Shown here: one piece after another, positions 25,156 to 35,442 of the stretch
Layout of the letters: each line of letters opens with the position of its first letter
Position numbering within the stretch: the first letter of the stretch is position 1
From: Flavobacteriales bacterium
Lineage (GTDB): Bacteria > Bacteroidota > Bacteroidia > Flavobacteriales > BACL11
Length of the DNA stretch: 64,000 nt
Reading direction: 5' to 3'
Assembly (NCBI GenBank): GCA_947502765.1
Contig: CANNBA010000001.1
Location: forward strand, 33,124 to 97,123
Notes under the pieces: model-generated
What the model saw: only the letters and a program-made list of their open reading frames with translations
The model's database searches: none
What the model was told of the DNA's origin: nothing
Program-made: the position numbers and the translations under genes

Positions 25156-27744
25156 ATGTTTAAAAAAATTCTTAAAATTTCAGTACCGATAATATTAATA
25201 GGAATTATTGTATTTTATTTTTTAGATAAATATCAAACAATAGCGGGTTCAACACCAAGTCCTATTACTGTTATTCCTACAAATGCATCAGTAATAATGC
25301 AATTAAATGATGTAAAAAACCTTAGCAAATCGCTTAAACTATCAAATATTTGGAGCAAACTTCAAAATATCAAACAAGTTGAAGTTATTACTAAAAAAGC
25401 TGAAGAAATAAGTATCTTTTTTAACAATAACCAAGCTATTTTTGAGTCAAACAGTCTTTTTATATCATTTCATGAAGTTACCGCTAAAAAAAGTGCTACC
25501 CTCTATAGCACTACCTTTAAAAGAAAGTATTTAAAGAAAAATAAAGAGATAATTGCTCTCTTTGCTAATGACATTACAACATCTGAATATGACAATCAAA
25601 CCATTTACTTCAGTAAATCTTTGAATAGACACTTTAGTTTTAAGAATGATATCTTATTCTACTCAGATAATAAAATGTTGCTTGAAGATGCCATCAGAAC
25701 TTCTCAAGAGAATACTGACAACTTATTTAACAATCCATTATTTTCAGATTGCTACAGTACTATAAATAATTCTTCTGAGATTAACTTGATGATTAATTAC
25801 AACAGCTTACTTACTCTTAGTAATATTTTTACAGCTGTTCCAGTAAAGCTAACTCACTTCTCAGAGTGGACTGCTACAGATATAAAATTTGAAGATAATG
25901 CCATTTTAGCTAGTGGCTTAAGTGCTTTTAATAGTACTGTACATAACTTTACTGATATTTTTAATACTCAAAAGAGCCAAAACTTGAGTATCTTAGATAT
26001 TCTTCCTCAAAATACCACTCAATTATTTGCAATTACATTCAATAGTCAACAGCAACTTTATGAAAAAAAAAATGAAATTTTACGTATAAAACATCAATTC
26101 ATGACTTGGGATAAGAATAGACAGGTTATGGAGAAAAAGGGAAATATAAATTATACTGATTTTTTAAGCGAGATTGATAATGAAGCAGGTATTTTTAACA
26201 CCTCTCCAAGTTTAGATGTTGACAATAGCTACACTTACTTCAATACTAAAGAATCAATTAGAGCAAGCTCTTTACTTCAAGCAATGATTGTTTCTTCTTC
26301 TGATTATAAAGACTTCAGGATTAATAAAATTAAAGACAATAACCTCACAGCTAATTTATTTGGAACTGTGTTTAAAGCAAATAATCCATTTTTTACAACA
26401 ATTAACGACTATTTTATTTTTGGCAGTTCGGCAGCATCACTAGAAAATGTTATTGATAATTACACTTCAAATAATATTCTTTCAGCCAATACGTCATTTA
26501 AAAAATTGAACGTGTATATTTTAAATAATTCTAATATCTTTCTTTATTTAAACCCTGGTAAAACTGCAGGAACTTTAATAAATAGTTTTGTTGACACCGA
26601 ATTGTTATCACACAACTCTGATTCTATTGCTAAATTTACTGCCTTTAGTCTTCAAATAAATACTACAAAAAATGGCATGTTGCATAATTTCTGTTTATTT
26701 TATGATGACGAGTACAAAGAAGCTATAAAAGAAAAATGGGATTATGCTTTGAATACAAGTCCGATTATAAATCCTCAATTTTTTGACAACTATTTTACAA
26801 AAGAAAAAATGATTTTAGTGCAGGATAACCAAAACAATCTTATTGCTTTAAATGCATCTGGAGATAAGTTATGGGTTAAACAAATAGGCAATAAAATTTT
26901 AGGAGAAATTCATATTATTGATTCCTATAACAATAATAAATTTCAAGTACTCTTTAACACAAAAAATCAATTGTATGTAATGGATAGAAATGGTGAATTT
27001 ATTGATGGTTTTCCTAAGAATTTACCAATCTCTACATCAATTGGACTTTCTTTGATGGACTACGATAAGAATAAAGATTATAGAATAATTATTGTTGGAA
27101 ATGATAATACACTTTACAATCTGGATAAGCAAGGAAAAAAGCTAGATGGCTGGAAGTATGCAAAAACAACTAATCGTATAAACCAAAGTCCTGTACATTT
27201 TGTTGTTAGTGATAATGATTACATTCTCAATGCAACAAATAATAGTACTACTACATTATTAGCTAGAAATGGAACTGAAAAGGTAGGATTTAAAAATACC
27301 CCATCTTTTACTACTCCTGTTAGTATTTCTGAAAATGGAACTATTTATGCTATTACTACTAAAAACAAACTCTGGACTGCCTTTATAAATGGAAGTACTG
27401 CAATTTTTGAGCTATCCAAACTAAATGCTACTTCAAAGATATTAGCTTACAATGATGGTTATTATCTTACAAATGAAAATTCAGTATTTTATATAAATGA
27501 TGAAAAAAAAGAGGAACTTAATATTGAGCTTGATGCTTCAGTAAAAACACTTACTTTGTGCTTAGGATATATTGCAATAACAACAAATACCAGTCTTTAT
27601 TTAATTAAAGACAATAAAATTGTAGAAGGATTCCCAATCCTTTCTGACGGTTACTTCAATATCTCAGATATTGACAATAATGGCAAAATGAATGTTGTAA
27701 ATATCAAGAACGGAATTATCTACAATTACGAATTAGCAGACTAA
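25156..27744 (+). CDS. Large N-terminally membrane-anchored hypothetical protein (C-terminal beta-propeller-like repeats)
   Basis: 862 aa with a single N-terminal TM segment (ISVPIILIGIIVFYFL). The C-terminal third has repeated ..LYxxDxxGxxxxGFP / DIDNNGKMNV-type segments. No catalytic motif. Confidence 0.55.
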   Translation: MFKKILKISVPIILIGIIVFYFLDKYQTIAGSTPSPITVIPTNASVIMQLNDVKNLSKSLKLSNIWSKLQNIKQVEVITKKAEEISIFFNNNQAIFESNSLFISFHEVTAKKSATLYSTTFKRKYLKKNKEIIALFANDITTSEYDNQTIYFSKSLNRHFSFKNDILFYSDNKMLLEDAIRTSQENTDNLFNNPLFSDCYSTINNSSEINLMINYNSLLTLSNIFTAVPVKLTHFSEWTATDIKFEDNAILASGLSAFNSTVHNFTDIFNTQKSQNLSILDILPQNTTQLFAITFNSQQQLYEKKNEILRIKHQFMTWDKNRQVMEKKGNINYTDFLSEIDNEAGIFNTSPSLDVDNSYTYFNTKESIRASSLLQAMIVSSSDYKDFRINKIKDNNLTANLFGTVFKANNPFFTTINDYFIFGSSAASLENVIDNYTSNNILSANTSFKKLNVYILNNSNIFLYLNPGKTAGTLINSFVDTELLSHNSDSIAKFTAFSLQINTTKNGMLHNFCLFYDDEYKEAIKEKWDYALNTSPIINPQFFDNYFTKEKMILVQDNQNNLIALNASGDKLWVKQIGNKILGEIHIIDSYNNNKFQVLFNTKNQLYVMDRNGEFIDGFPKNLPISTSIGLSLMDYDKNKDYRIIIVGNDNTLYNLDKQGKKLDGWKYAKTTNRINQSPVHFVVSDNDYILNATNNSTTTLLARNGTEKVGFKNTPSFTTPVSISENGTIYAITTKNKLWTAFINGSTAIFELSKLNATSKILAYNDGYYLTNENSVFYINDEKKEELNIELDASVKTLTLCLGYIAITTNTSLYLIKDNKIVEGFPILSDGYFNISDIDNNGKMNVVNIKNGIIYNYELAD

Positions 27745-28592
27745 TCTAGCAAATAAGTTAATTTTAGAAAAGGAATCAGTTTGTAGTCCATTGTTTCTAA
27801 AGGAAATTGCACTCCTGCTCTTATTAAAATAGCCTTGTTTTTATATATTAATTCCCCTGCTATTTGAGGAATAAAATCTTTTTCAGTAGGCAGATAAATG
27901 ATTCCTGCATTAGTTCCTGCATAGCATTTACTTAAAAGTTCGTAATGAAATCCTATATTTGCTTCACTAAAAACAAATGAAGTATTTATCTCAGTAGAAT
28001 ATAGTAATTTTTTCTTAAAATAATAAGCCCCTACTCCTGTTAAATAAGGCAATCCGTAAGAATGTGCAAAGTAGAAATTCTTTTGCTGAACTTTCTCATT
28101 ATCAAATCTACTTAAATCGTATTTTTCAATTAAATTTATCAATAAATTTGGGTATTCCGGATTGGTAGCATATCCAGCTTTTTTGAGTCCTTCTGCCCAC
28201 TTTTTATATTCTGTATTTTTGTATTCAAATAAAAATAGATAACGTTCTCTTTGTGTCAAAAAAATCGAGTGATCTCTATACGAATCAATAGCTTTTGAAT
28301 ATTTTCTGAAACACTCTCCTTTTTCATCATCATCTTCAATAATAGTTTCTCCATTCCAATTATCCTGACACTTAATTCCAAAATGATTATTTCCTTCAGT
28401 AGCCAAACGACTCTCTCCAGATCCACTTTCCAAAATACCTTGGGCTAAAGTAATAGAGGCAGGAATATTATGTCTATTCATTTCTTCAATAGCAATACTA
28501 CTATATTTTACAATGTATGCTTCTGTTTTAGTTTGAGCTTTTGTAAATAAAAAGCAAAGGAGAATAATAGAAAGAGATAGTGATTTTTGCAT
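27741..28592 (-). CDS. Glucosaminidase (GH73, FlgJ-like) domain protein
   Basis: Signal peptide plus ITLAQGILESGSGESRLATEGNNHFGIKC, which includes the GH73 catalytic Glu region. Confidence 0.75.
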   Translation of the reverse strand: MQKSLSLSIILLCFLFTKAQTKTEAYIVKYSSIAIEEMNRHNIPASITLAQGILESGSGESRLATEGNNHFGIKCQDNWNGETIIEDDDEKGECFRKYSKAIDSYRDHSIFLTQRERYLFLFEYKNTEYKKWAEGLKKAGYATNPEYPNLLINLIEKYDLSRFDNEKVQQKNFYFAHSYGLPYLTGVGAYYFKKKLLYSTEINTSFVFSEANIGFHYELLSKCYAGTNAGIIYLPTEKDFIPQIAGELIYKNKAILIRAGVQFPLETMDYKLIPFLKLTYLLD

Positions 28593-28604
28593 TTCTCAAA
28601 GATA

Positions 28605-29492
28605 TTAATTTGTAGGAAAATTACATTCGAATCTCTGATTCATTCCTTTGTTTCCTTGCAAACCTCCTGTGTGAATAGCTAAAATACTACTTCCTTTTGG
28701 GAAATAATCTTTGGCTACTAAATCCATAATTCCAAGCATCATTTTTCCAGTGTATATTGCATCCAATGGAATATTTTGAGTTTTAAAGAAATTATTCATA
28801 AACTCAATTAACTGGTTAGTTAGTTTAGCATAACCATCACAATAATAATCATTTATAAATTTAAAATTCTTTTTATTTACCCAACTTTCTGTATTTTTTT
28901 CTAATTGAGAAAACCCTTTTATTGAAGGAAAACCAATTACCTCTTGATACTCATTTGTTGCATTAATAATTCCTGCAATGGTACCCCCTGTTCCAACAGC
29001 GCAACAAATAAAATCTTGAGTATCATTTTTATCTAACATTTCAGCAGCCCCTTTTATAGCCAACTCATTTGTACCTCCTTCTGGGATTAAATAGAAATCA
29101 CCAAATCGTATTTTTAGCTTTTCTAAAAAATGAACAGTATGTTTTAATCGATAATCACTTCTACTTACATAATGAATTTTCATACCTTGCTCTATTGCAA
29201 AATCAAGTGTCGGATTTAAACACAAATGCTCCTCTCCTCTTATAATTCCAATGCTAGTAAATCCATTTTCTTTTGCTAGAAAAGCAGTTGCTGCAATATG
29301 ATTGGAATAAGCCCCACCAAAAGTCAATATTGATTGAGCTCCTTGCCTTTTTGCTTCAATTAAATTGTATTTTAATTTAAACCATTTATTGCCAGAAATA
29401 TGCTTATGAATTTGATCAATTCTTTTAATGAAAAGTCGAATTTCCTTCTGTTTTAAAAGCGAAAAGGATATTTCTTGAGTTTTTATTTTCAT
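28605..29492 (-). CDS. PLP-dependent ACC deaminase / D-cysteine desulfhydrase family enzyme
   Basis: HISGNKWFKLKYNL (PLP-Lys), FGGAYSNHIAATA and CAVGTGGTIAGI. Confidence 0.75.
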   Translation of the reverse strand: MKIKTQEISFSLLKQKEIRLFIKRIDQIHKHISGNKWFKLKYNLIEAKRQGAQSILTFGGAYSNHIAATAFLAKENGFTSIGIIRGEEHLCLNPTLDFAIEQGMKIHYVSRSDYRLKHTVHFLEKLKIRFGDFYLIPEGGTNELAIKGAAEMLDKNDTQDFICCAVGTGGTIAGIINATNEYQEVIGFPSIKGFSQLEKNTESWVNKKNFKFINDYYCDGYAKLTNQLIEFMNNFFKTQNIPLDAIYTGKMMLGIMDLVAKDYFPKGSSILAIHTGGLQGNKGMNQRFECNFPTN

Positions 29493-29522
29493 TTGTGCAA
29501 ATATCGTAATTTAGCACAGCCA

Positions 29523-29699
29523 ATGAAAGAATTTTCAAAATTAGACCAGCTAGATAAAGAAGATTATTACTATGCTAAAGAAGGCTATATTATTTTTACC
29601 GAAAAATATCATTTAAAAAGAGGATATTGTTGCAACAACAATTGCAAACATTGTCCTTTTAAAAAAGAAGTAAAGAAAAAAGAAAATGACAGATCTTAA
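29523..29699 (+). CDS. Small Cys-rich protein (DUF5522-like)
   Basis: MKEFSKL...GYIIFTEKYHLKRGYCCNNNCKHCPF. The track ORF starts at 29475, but that region overlaps the divergent gene, so the ATG at 29523 is more likely. The 3' end overlaps hutU by 14 nt. Confidence 0.5.
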   Translation: MKEFSKLDQLDKEDYYYAKEGYIIFTEKYHLKRGYCCNNNCKHCPFKKEVKKKENDRS

Positions 29700-31689
29700 A
29701 AAAACTATTTTGCAAGGAATTCCTTCAGAACTGCCTGCTAAAAAAAATAGAAACCCAAAAATCAGTCATGCTCCTAAACGTAAAGATATTCTTACAAAGG
29801 AAGAAAAAAGACTAGCCATTCGTAATGGGTTGCGTTATTTTCCTGAGCACATGCACCCTACTCTAGCTCCTGAGTTTGCTGAAGAACTAAAAACTTACGG
29901 AAGAATCTATATGTATCGTTTTATGCCTGATTATGAGATAAAAGCAAGGCACTTAGAAGATTTTCCACATAAAAGCAAACAAGCAGCAGCTATTCAATTA
30001 ATGCTCTCCAATAACCTAGATGATGCCATTGCACAGCATCCTCAGGAATTGATAACATATGGTGGAAATGGATCTGTATTTCAAAACTGGGCCCAGTATT
30101 TACTATGCATGCAGTTTTTAGCAGAAATGACTGATGAACAAACCCTAGCAATTTATTCAGGTCATCCAATGGGATTATTTCCTTCACATAAAGATGCTCC
30201 TAGAGTTGTTGTAACCAATGGAATGATGATTCCTAACTATTCTAAAGCGGATGATTGGGAAAAATTTAATGCTTTGGGAGTTACTCAATACGGACAAATG
30301 ACGGCAGGTTCCTTCATGTATATTGGACCTCAAGGAATTGTACACGGAACAACGATTACTGTGCTGAATGCAGCCCGAAAAATTGATCCAAAAGCAGAAG
30401 ATTTAAGTGGAAAGATATTCGTTACTTCAGGGCTTGGGGGAATGAGTGGTGCTCAAGCTAAAGCTGGAGTCATTGCTAAAGGAGTTTGTATAGTTGCAGA
30501 AATTAATCCTCAAGCAACTTACAAAAGACAGGACCAAGGCTGGGTAGATGAAGTTTTTACAAATCTAGATGAATTACTAGATAGAGCGATTATTGCGAGA
30601 GAACAAAAAGAGGCTGTTTCATTAGCTTATGATGGCAATATTGTTGAGCTCTGGGAAAGAATAGTTGAGCGTAATATTCATATTGAAATTGGTTCTGATC
30701 AAACTTCATTGCACAATCCTTGGGCAGGTGGCTACTACCCTATTGGAATGTCTTATGAGACGGCAAATGAGATGATGATTAAAAATCCTGAGCAATTTAA
30801 GAAAGAAGTTCAAAAAACATTGATTCGTCACACAAATGCCATCAATACACTTACTGCAAAAGGAATGTACTTTTTTGATTACGGAAATGCTTTTTTACTA
30901 GAATCTAGTCGTGCAGGTGCTGCTATCTTAAATGCTAAAGGAGATTTCAAATATCCATCTTATGTACAAGATATTATGGGTCCTATGTGTTTTGACTATG
31001 GCTTTGGTCCTTTTAGATGGGTTTGCGCCTCCAACGACCCAAAAGACTTGGCAATTACAGATAAAATTGCATGTAGCGTTTTAGAAGAACTGATGAAAGA
31101 TTCCCCTTCTGAAATTAAATTACAGATGAGTGATAATATCAATTGGATAAAAGCTGCTGGAGAAAATAAGATGGTAGTTGGTTCACAGGCTCGTATTTTA
31201 TATGCAGATGCTGAAGGAAGAATGAGAATTGCTGAAGCTTTTAATAATGCTGTTTTTGATGGTACACTTTCTGCTCCAGTTGTTTTGGGCCGTGATCATC
31301 ATGATGTATCTGGTACTGACTCTCCTTATCGAGAAACTTCCAATATTTATGATGGCTCACAATTTACTGCTGATATGGCAATTCAAAATGTGATAGGCGA
31401 TAGTTTTAGAGGGGCCACTTGGGTGTCTATACACAATGGAGGTGGCGTTGGTTGGGGTGAAGTAATTAATGGTGGTTTTGGTATGTTATTAGATGGTTCT
31501 GCTGATTCAGAAAGAAGATTAAAATCCATGTTATTTTGGGATGTAAATAATGGAATTTCTAGAAGAAGTTGGGCACGAAACAAAGAAGCTAACTTTGCTA
31601 TAAAAAGAGCAATGCAAATGAATCCTAATCTAAAAGTCACTATGCCAAATATTACAGATGATGATTTAATTAATAATTTGGAATTTTAA
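29686..31689 (+). CDS. hutU: Urocanate hydratase (long form)
   Basis: 667 aa. GLGGMSGAQAKA, LITYGGNG and TSLHNPWAGGYYP are typical of urocanase. Confidence 0.9.
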   Translation: MTDLKKTILQGIPSELPAKKNRNPKISHAPKRKDILTKEEKRLAIRNGLRYFPEHMHPTLAPEFAEELKTYGRIYMYRFMPDYEIKARHLEDFPHKSKQAAAIQLMLSNNLDDAIAQHPQELITYGGNGSVFQNWAQYLLCMQFLAEMTDEQTLAIYSGHPMGLFPSHKDAPRVVVTNGMMIPNYSKADDWEKFNALGVTQYGQMTAGSFMYIGPQGIVHGTTITVLNAARKIDPKAEDLSGKIFVTSGLGGMSGAQAKAGVIAKGVCIVAEINPQATYKRQDQGWVDEVFTNLDELLDRAIIAREQKEAVSLAYDGNIVELWERIVERNIHIEIGSDQTSLHNPWAGGYYPIGMSYETANEMMIKNPEQFKKEVQKTLIRHTNAINTLTAKGMYFFDYGNAFLLESSRAGAAILNAKGDFKYPSYVQDIMGPMCFDYGFGPFRWVCASNDPKDLAITDKIACSVLEELMKDSPSEIKLQMSDNINWIKAAGENKMVVGSQARILYADAEGRMRIAEAFNNAVFDGTLSAPVVLGRDHHDVSGTDSPYRETSNIYDGSQFTADMAIQNVIGDSFRGATWVSIHNGGGVGWGEVINGGFGMLLDGSADSERRLKSMLFWDVNNGISRRSWARNKEANFAIKRAMQMNPNLKVTMPNITDDDLINNLEF

Positions 31690-31759
31690 ATTGAAAAAGT
31701 CTTTAGTTTATTAAATCTTACTACTAAAATTCAAAACAAAAGACTGCAAGGTCTTTAAT

Positions 31760-31792
31760 AAAAAACCCACTTCTCAGTAGGGTTTTTATTTT
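31760..31792. terminator. Bidirectional rho-independent terminator
   Basis: AAAACCC(AC)-loop-(GT)AGGGTTTT with a T-run on both strands. Lies between hutU (+) and tRNA-Pro (-). Confidence 0.6.
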
Positions 31793-31796
31793 TAAG

Positions 31797-31870
31797 TCGG
31801 GGTAGCAAGATTCGAACTTGCGACCTCCTGCTCCCAAAGCAGGCGCGATACCGGGCTACGCTATACCCCG
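31797..31870 (-). tRNA. tRNA-Pro (anticodon TGG)
   Basis: Minus strand CGGGGTATAGCGTAGCCCGGTATCGCGCCTGCTTTGGGAGCAGGAGGTCGCAAGTTCGAATCTTGCTACCCCGA. Cloverleaf with CCTGC/GCAGG anticodon stem, loop TTTGGGA and GTTCGAATC T-loop. Confidence 0.9.
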
Positions 31871-31932
31871 AAAAAAGGTTTGCAAATCTAAAAAAGTTTT
31901 GTACATCAAAACCAAAAAACTTTTTTATTTTG

Positions 31933-32021
31933 CGGAGAGACGGGGATTCGAACCCCGGGTACCCCGTTAGGGGTACGCTTGTTTAGCAAACAAGTCCTTT
32001 CGGCCTCTCAGGCACCTCTCC
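31933..32021 (-). tRNA. tRNA-Ser (anticodon GCT)
   Basis: Minus strand GGAGAGGTGCCTGAGAGGCCGAAAGG-CTTGT-TTGCTAA-ACAAG plus a long variable arm (GTACCCCTAACGGGGTAC), GGTTCGAATCC T-loop and acceptor GGAGAGG/TCTCTCC. Confidence 0.9.
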
Positions 32022-32144
32022 AATTTTAAAATCTTTTATGAACTATTTTTTTAGGGTTGCAAATGTATACTAATCTCAATTTGTAGCAAACAAAATTTTA
32101 AATTTATTTGAAATGTAATATGCTAATTTATTTGGGTCAAATGT

Positions 32145-32152
32145 TATATTTG
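32145..32152 (+). promoter_or_regulatory. -7 promoter box (TATATTTG)
   Basis: TAnnTTTG match 20 nt upstream of the ATG at 32173. Confidence 0.4.
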
Positions 32153-32172
32153 CAGACCTATTAAATTAGATT

Positions 32173-33936
32173 ATGACTAAAAAAATATTGTTAACACTCT
32201 TTATATCAGCTATATTAACTTCTTGCGTTAAAAAAAGAGATCTCTCACAAAACACCGTTATTGCCCATTTGACAGCTCAGCCTGATGGATTGCACCCTTT
32301 TAATGACAACTCTGTTATGAGAAGTTATATATTTAATTACACACAGAAAACACTCATAAAATTAGATCTAAGAACACTAGATTACATTCCAGATCTAGTT
32401 AAAGAAATGCCTATTGTATCAGAAGATAATTTATCATTTGACTATGAACTAAAAAAAGGTGTTTTGTGGGATGATGGATCAGAATTAACTGCTGAAGATG
32501 TTGCATTTTCGGTAAAATTAATGCTTTGCCCTCTTACTGATAACGCACAAATAAGAAGCAATTATTCTACTGTAATTAAAAGTATTGAAATAGATCCTAC
32601 AAATCCAATGAAATTTACCATGCATGCTCAAAAAATACATTGGGAGAATAAGTATATTTTCTCTGAACTTTATATGGTTCAAAAATCACTTTGGGATCCA
32701 AAAGGTGTGTTAGATAATGTAACTTTTGTGGATTTATTATCAGAAAATTTTAAAGAAACTGAAGTTTTGTCTAATTTTTTTAATAGCTATAACAATGCAG
32801 ATAATGGAATTAAACCAGATTTATTAGTTGGGCTTGGAGCCTATAAAGTAACAGAGTGGGTAGTTAGCCAATATATAACAATTGAGAAGAAAAAGAATTG
32901 GTGGGGAGCAAATGACACCTCAGTATATAATAGAGCATACCCCGATAAAATAATTTTTAAAATTATCAGTGATGACGCCTCTACTTATCTTGCACTTAAA
33001 AATCAAGAAATTGATGTGACAACTGAAATTGGTACTATCAAACTGCTAAAATTACAGGAAAGAGAATATTTCAACGATAACTACGAATCTGACTTTTTAG
33101 ATCAATATTCGTTTAATTACATGGGCCTTAATATGAAACCAGATGGCATAAAACAAAAGCCATTTTTTACCGATCAAAAAGTAAGAAGAGCAATGGCTTA
33201 TATGATACCAGTTGATGAAATAATAGAGGTCATGATGCATGGAAAAGCAAGCAGGCAAGCATCATTGATTTCTCCACTACAAAAGGCATATAATGATACT
33301 TTGAAACTTATTCCTCTAGATATTGAAAAAGCAAAAGAGCTTTTAACTCAGGCAGGTTGGGTAGATACTGATGGAGATAATATTCGTGATAAAATGATAA
33401 ATGGAGTCAAAACTCCTTTTTCTTTTAAACTAAGCTACATGAGTTCTCCAATCTCAACAGAAATAGTACTTATGATGAAAGCTAGCATGTACAAAGCTGG
33501 AGTAGTTGCTGAGCCAACTCCTATGGATTTTACACTCTTTTATAAAAATGCTGAGGACCATGAATTTGATGCTATGCTTGGTGGTTGGGGAGGTAGCGCT
33601 TCTTACTCTAATCCTATGCAATTATGGCATACATCATCTTGGGTTACCAAAGGATCTAATTTTTGTGGTTTTGGAGATGCTGAGAGTGATGCATTAATTG
33701 AAGAAGCAAATCATACCCTAGATCCTGAAATAAATCACAATGCACTTTTAAAACTCCAAGCAAAAGTATATAACGATCAGCCTTATGTATTTCTTTACGC
33801 CACAAAAAAGAAATTTGCATTACACAAAAGATTTAACAACATAGATAGGTACTTAGAACGACCAGGAGTTATGCTTCAAAATTTAGATTTAAAACCAGCA
33901 TTTTCTGCCAAAAATATGGTACCCACTAATAACTAA
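32173..33936 (+). CDS. ABC transporter substrate-binding lipoprotein, peptide/nickel family 5
   Basis: Lipobox ILTSCVKK; 587 aa of SBP_bac_5-like sequence, directly upstream of two permease genes. Confidence 0.75.
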   Translation: MTKKILLTLFISAILTSCVKKRDLSQNTVIAHLTAQPDGLHPFNDNSVMRSYIFNYTQKTLIKLDLRTLDYIPDLVKEMPIVSEDNLSFDYELKKGVLWDDGSELTAEDVAFSVKLMLCPLTDNAQIRSNYSTVIKSIEIDPTNPMKFTMHAQKIHWENKYIFSELYMVQKSLWDPKGVLDNVTFVDLLSENFKETEVLSNFFNSYNNADNGIKPDLLVGLGAYKVTEWVVSQYITIEKKKNWWGANDTSVYNRAYPDKIIFKIISDDASTYLALKNQEIDVTTEIGTIKLLKLQEREYFNDNYESDFLDQYSFNYMGLNMKPDGIKQKPFFTDQKVRRAMAYMIPVDEIIEVMMHGKASRQASLISPLQKAYNDTLKLIPLDIEKAKELLTQAGWVDTDGDNIRDKMINGVKTPFSFKLSYMSSPISTEIVLMMKASMYKAGVVAEPTPMDFTLFYKNAEDHEFDAMLGGWGGSASYSNPMQLWHTSSWVTKGSNFCGFGDAESDALIEEANHTLDPEINHNALLKLQAKVYNDQPYVFLYATKKKFALHKRFNNIDRYLERPGVMLQNLDLKPAFSAKNMVPTNN

Positions 33937-33959
33937 AGAATAATTAGCAATAAAGAAAT

Positions 33960-35438
33960 ATGTTTAAATACGTAATCAAAAGAGTACTAACATTTATGCC
34001 TATGCTAATAGCGATTTCTCTATTATCATTCATAATTAGTATCAATGCTCCTGGAGATCCTGTTGAACGCTTATCCAAAGCAGCAGGAAGTGAAGGCTCT
34101 GCTGAACAACAATCAGGAGCCTCCAAAAAAATAAAAGAAGAACTGCGAAAAAAATTAGGATTGGATTTACCTATCTTTTACTTTAGCATTACTGATCTGG
34201 CATCTTCTGACACACTTTACAAAGTACAAGATAAATACCATAAAGTAACCCTTGAAGAGCTAACGCATCAAAGTGGAAACTGGGAAGTAGTATCTGATTA
34301 TTACTCTTCTTTATTACAGTTGCAAAAATCTCATTTAAAGATAAATGCAAAACAAATTGTTGCAAATGATTCCACTTTAGATTTGAATACTGTAACTGAA
34401 GTTACGAATCAATTTGGTATTGAAATAGGAAGTCTATTAGAAACATCCAATAAAGAACTCATTGCAGGAAAATTCGAGAAAATGAATGGCTTGGTTGTTA
34501 AACATTCGTTTCTCAATTTTTTAAGCAAACCTTTATTAAAGACACAAAATTGTAGAGCTGATTTGCTTGCAAAACAAACAATATGGAAGACTTATATTCC
34601 TGCAATAAATTTCTATGGAACTACAAATCAATATCATTTATGGCTTTTTGGTAATGGAAAAGAAAGAATGGGGCTTTTAAGAGGAGATTTTGGTATATCT
34701 TATATTGATAGTCAACCAATACAAGATAAAATTTGGGGAAAAGTTGGAATCTCGTTTACTCTATCATTAATTTCAATCTTCTTAGCTTATCTAATTAGTA
34801 TTCCTATTGGTATTTATTCAGCTTACAGAAAAGATTCAGTAGCTGACAAAGGAATGTCACTAGTACTTTTTATCCTGTATTCTATGCCTTCATTCTTTGT
34901 TGGCACACTTTTATTATTACAATTTGCAAACCCTGATAATTTGAGTTGGTTCCCAGTTTCAGGAATTCAAGACCCTACTATATTTAATCCAGAGTGGGGC
35001 TTTTGGGAAAAAATAAAACACAGGATGCCGTACTTAGTTTTACCAATTATTACTTACACTTATGGTTCATTTGCTTTTTTAAGTAGAATTATGAGAGTTG
35101 GTATGATTGATATAGTAAATCAAGATTATATTAGAACTGCCAGAGCCAAAGGATTAGGAGAAAAGAAAGTAATTCTTAAACATGCATTACGAAACTCTTT
35201 ACTACCTGTAATTACAGTTTTTGCTGCTATCTTCCCAATGGCTATTGGAGGTAGTATTATTATTGAAGTTATTTTCTCCATACCTGGAATGGGAGTTGAA
35301 GTTTTTAACGCCATATTAAACTACGATTACCCAATGATTATTACAGTCTTTACCCTTTCTGGCTTTTTAACCATGATTGGATACTTAGTATCTGATATAC
35401 TTTATGCCCTGGTTGACCCAAGAATTTCATACAAATAG
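33960..35438 (+). CDS. ABC transporter permease (DppB/OppB-like) with ~190-aa extracytoplasmic insertion
   Basis: C-terminal EAA-type region DYIRTARAKGLGEKKVILKHALRNSLLPVIT. The segment between TM1 and TM2 (aa ~35-260) is unusually long. Confidence 0.75.
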   Translation: MFKYVIKRVLTFMPMLIAISLLSFIISINAPGDPVERLSKAAGSEGSAEQQSGASKKIKEELRKKLGLDLPIFYFSITDLASSDTLYKVQDKYHKVTLEELTHQSGNWEVVSDYYSSLLQLQKSHLKINAKQIVANDSTLDLNTVTEVTNQFGIEIGSLLETSNKELIAGKFEKMNGLVVKHSFLNFLSKPLLKTQNCRADLLAKQTIWKTYIPAINFYGTTNQYHLWLFGNGKERMGLLRGDFGISYIDSQPIQDKIWGKVGISFTLSLISIFLAYLISIPIGIYSAYRKDSVADKGMSLVLFILYSMPSFFVGTLLLLQFANPDNLSWFPVSGIQDPTIFNPEWGFWEKIKHRMPYLVLPIITYTYGSFAFLSRIMRVGMIDIVNQDYIRTARAKGLGEKKVILKHALRNSLLPVITVFAAIFPMAIGGSIIIEVIFSIPGMGVEVFNAILNYDYPMIITVFTLSGFLTMIGYLVSDILYALVDPRISYK

Positions 35439-35442
35439 AATT

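Noticed and set aside
31690-32172. tRNA-Pro/tRNA-Ser pair as a possible integration hotspot flanking a genomic island
   Set aside because: There is no integrase, no excisionase and no duplicated tRNA 3'-end direct repeat visible on either side. The flanking genes (hutU, ABC importer) look like ordinary chromosomal genes.
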